From: an uncultured Gemmatimonadaceae bacterium
GTDB taxonomy: Bacteria > Gemmatimonadota > Gemmatimonadetes > Gemmatimonadales > Gemmatimonadaceae
DNA length: 64,000 bases
Direction of reading: 5' to 3'
Assembly: GCA_963740355.1 (NCBI GenBank)
Contig: CAVUDW010000002.1
Coordinates: forward strand, 224,001-288,000
The notes below the pieces were generated by a model that worked only from the letters and a program-made list of their open reading frames with translations, made no database searches and was not told where the DNA came from. A program made the translations under genes and the position numbers. Every line of letters starts with the position of its first letter. The stretch's first letter is position 1. Below, one piece after another: positions 61,501 through 64,000 of this stretch.

Positions 61501-64000
61501 GTGCTCGACGGCACGCGTGCGATTCATGATCTCGTGATTGCCGAACCCCTTGTGGTCGGTGATGATGAGGCGCGGCGCGTGCAGACGGTCATTCGCTTCC
61601 GTGATGACGGTGTGTCGACGTTCGAGATCGTATCGATCGACGCGGCAGCCGACGACGATGAGTGGCATGTGCACGCGAAGGGCACCTTGCCGGCACTGTC
61701 GCAGGTCGCACCAGCAGTGCCAGCTCAGTCGTCGACATTTGATGCGCGTATCGACGGGGCGACGCACATCGATCAGTTGGCGGCCCGTGGCCTGGTGTTC
61801 GGGTCGAGCCTGCATGGCGTGCGGCAGATCGATCGTGTGGACGGCGCCGCGGTCGGCGTCATCACGCAGCCGATCGACGTCGAACACGACGAGTCGCATT
61901 ACCTGCTCCCACCCGCACTGCTCGACGCCTGTCTGCAGGTGATCGCGTCAGCGATTCCCGACGGCGCAAGCCGGAATGTGCCGTACCTGCCGCTGATCAT
62001 CGAACGGATCCACGTGTACCGCACGCCCGACGCCTCGGTGCGGAGCTTTGCGTTCGTCAACGAGCCAGCCGTACGACCCGCGGAGACGCTGACGGGTCGC
62101 ATCGTGATCGTCGACGCACTCGGCGTGGCAGCAGAGTTGGAGGGTGTCACGCTGCGCGCCGCGGCGGACGACAGTAGTGCGGTCGCGAAGGACCTGTACA
62201 CGGTGACATGGGAACGTCTCGACGAGCAGGCGCCGTGGACACCGACGACGACGCAGTTGGCACATACCGTCGGGCCGAAAGCTCGACGCGCTCGCCGTCG
62301 AACACGACTTCGCGTCGTACTTCCGTGCCTATGCGGCACTCGAGACGCTATCGACGAACTGGATCGTGCTGGCGCTGCGTGAACTGGGCTGGGCTCCACG
62401 ACCGGTGATACCGTGCGCGCCGCCGATCTTGGCGTCACCCTTGGCGTGTTGCCACGATACCATCGCCTGCTGCATCGCCTGCTCGAGATCCTTCACGAGG
62501 ATGCCATCGTGCGTCGCGAGGGCGATTCGTTCGTGGTGATCGAACTGCCAGCGGCGGACCTGTCATCGACGATCCCTCCGGCCGCGGCTGTCTTCGGGCC
62601 GTCCTCTGCACGCCTCGAAATCACGCAGCGGTGCGGCGATGTGTTCGCTGACATCCTGCGCGGTGACGTCGATCCGTTGCAGCAGCTGTTCCCGAATGGT
62701 TCGTCCACCCTCGCGGAGTCTCTGTATCGCGACACGCCGGAGGCGAAGGGATTCAATCAGCTCGTGCGCGAGACGGTGCGCGAAGTGGCGTCGTGTCTGC
62801 CTGCTGATCGCACGCTGCGCATCCTCGAGGTGGGCGGTGGCACCGGTGGCACGACCGCCTGGGTGTCACCGATCCTCGACGCTGCACGCACCGAGTACCT
62901 GTTCACCGACCTCGGGCCGCTGCTGGTCGAGCGCGCGCGTGAACGGTTTGGGCCGGCGAACCCGTACATGCAATTCGCGACAGTTCGATCTCGAGCGTGA
63001 TCCATCGTCGCAGGCACCGGGTGGCAAGCAGTTCGATGTGATCCTGGCGTCGAACGTGATTCATGCCACCGCCGACCTTCGGCAGACGCTGCGTCACCTT
63101 CGCGGCCTGCTGGCCCCCGGCGGCGTGCTGCTGATGCTGGAAGTCGCGGATCGCGAGCGCTGGATCGACCTCACCTTCGGCTTGACCGATGGCTGGTGGC
63201 GATTCGTCGATACCGATCTGCGTGCCGAGTACCCTCTGCTGTCGCGCGACGAGTGGATCGCCCTGCTGGCATCGGAAGGGTTCGAAGCGGAACCGGTGAA
63301 CGCGCCGCATCCGCATTCGCGCGAGGTATTGCTGGCGGCACGGAAGCCTGCGCAGGAGAAGTGTGCCGGCGGGTCAATCGTGGTTGGTGCTGGCGGACGC
63401 CGGTGGTGTGGGTGATGCCCTTGCCACGCGCCTTCGTGAAGACGGACAGCAGGTGCAGGTCGTTCATGCGCGCTGCCGCCGCAGAGGTGCAGCAGTCGAT
63501 CGCCGAACATGCGGCAGCAGCGGTTGGCATCGTGCACCTCTGGAGCCTCGATGTACCGCCGGCCGACGAGCGTGACGCGACCTCGCTGCTTTCGGCGCAG
63601 GAGACCAGCCTCGGTTCCATCCTGACCGTCGTGCAGGCGCTTGGACGCATGTCGTTCGCCAGTGACGCGGCGCCGCGACTGTTCATCACCACGCGCGGCG
63701 CAACGGCGGCTGGTGCGACTGCACCGGTGGAGTTGTCGCAAGCCGCAGTCTGGGGCTTGGGGATGGGTGTGGCGCAGGAGCATCCGGAGTTGCGTCCGAC
63801 GAGAATCGATCTCGACGCGACAGCCACCGTCGAGTCGCAGGTGGCATCGCTGCTCGGTTGCCTGACGTTGCCGCCTGAGGACGACCAGTACGCAGTGCGC
63901 GGCGCGTCACGATATGTGCCGCGGATCACACCGTACGTCGCGCCGGCCGTGGCATCACCGGCGGGCACGTTGCAGCGTCTCGAGCGCTCGGCGAGTGGCG
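58544..64000 (+). CDS. PKS5 (3'-truncated): KS-AT(malonyl)-DH-cMT-KR structural subdomain, probably ER next; about 10 frameshifts
   Basis: [44 protein letters not shown] and GIVHLWSLD appear in order across alternating frames. Confidence 0.85.

Noticed and set aside
60400..63490. Programmed frameshifting or phase variation in PKS5
   Set aside because: The shifts go in both directions and are not at long homopolymers or simple repeats; sequencing error is simpler.
24300..64000. Cluster as a mobile genomic island
   Set aside because: No integrase, transposase, tRNA or att site at the visible left boundary; a compositional shift cannot be established by eye.

Overview
High-GC bacterial window, almost all + strand. 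The gene set suggests Gemmatimonadota, but that is an impression, not a search result. (1) 1-7478: chemotaxis operon cheY-cheZ-like-cheA-cheW-cheR-cheD-cheY2-cheX-cheB, with no chemoreceptor in view. (2) 7551-15592: orphan MqsA-like Zn-finger/HTH protein, SRPBCC-TIGR01777 fusion, small Zn-finger membrane protein plus SPFH protein, DUF3597 protein, YbaL-type CPA2 antiporter and a molybdopterin oxidoreductase. (3) 15760-23662: OmpR-family two-component system with a CzcCBA-type RND metal efflux pump, followed by a convergent FKBP lipoprotein. (4) 24527 to beyond 64000: a hybrid NRPS/cis-AT PKS cluster of more than 39 kb. It opens with a Wzm/Wzt glycan-export ABC transporter translationally coupled to an Sfp-type PPTase. 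It includes an NRPS with two docking-domain/condensation units, two alpha/beta hydrolases with non-serine nucleophile elbows, a type II thioesterase and five PKS proteins. KS motifs and docking domains imply a non-colinear line with no terminal TE in view. My main hypothesis is that a polyketide-peptide acyl unit is transferred to, or anchors, a surface glycan exported by Wzm/Wzt. About 13 frameshifts (2 in czcA, 1 in PKS3, about 10 in PKS5) look like long-read sequencing errors. No rRNA, tRNA, CRISPR array or IS element was recognised.
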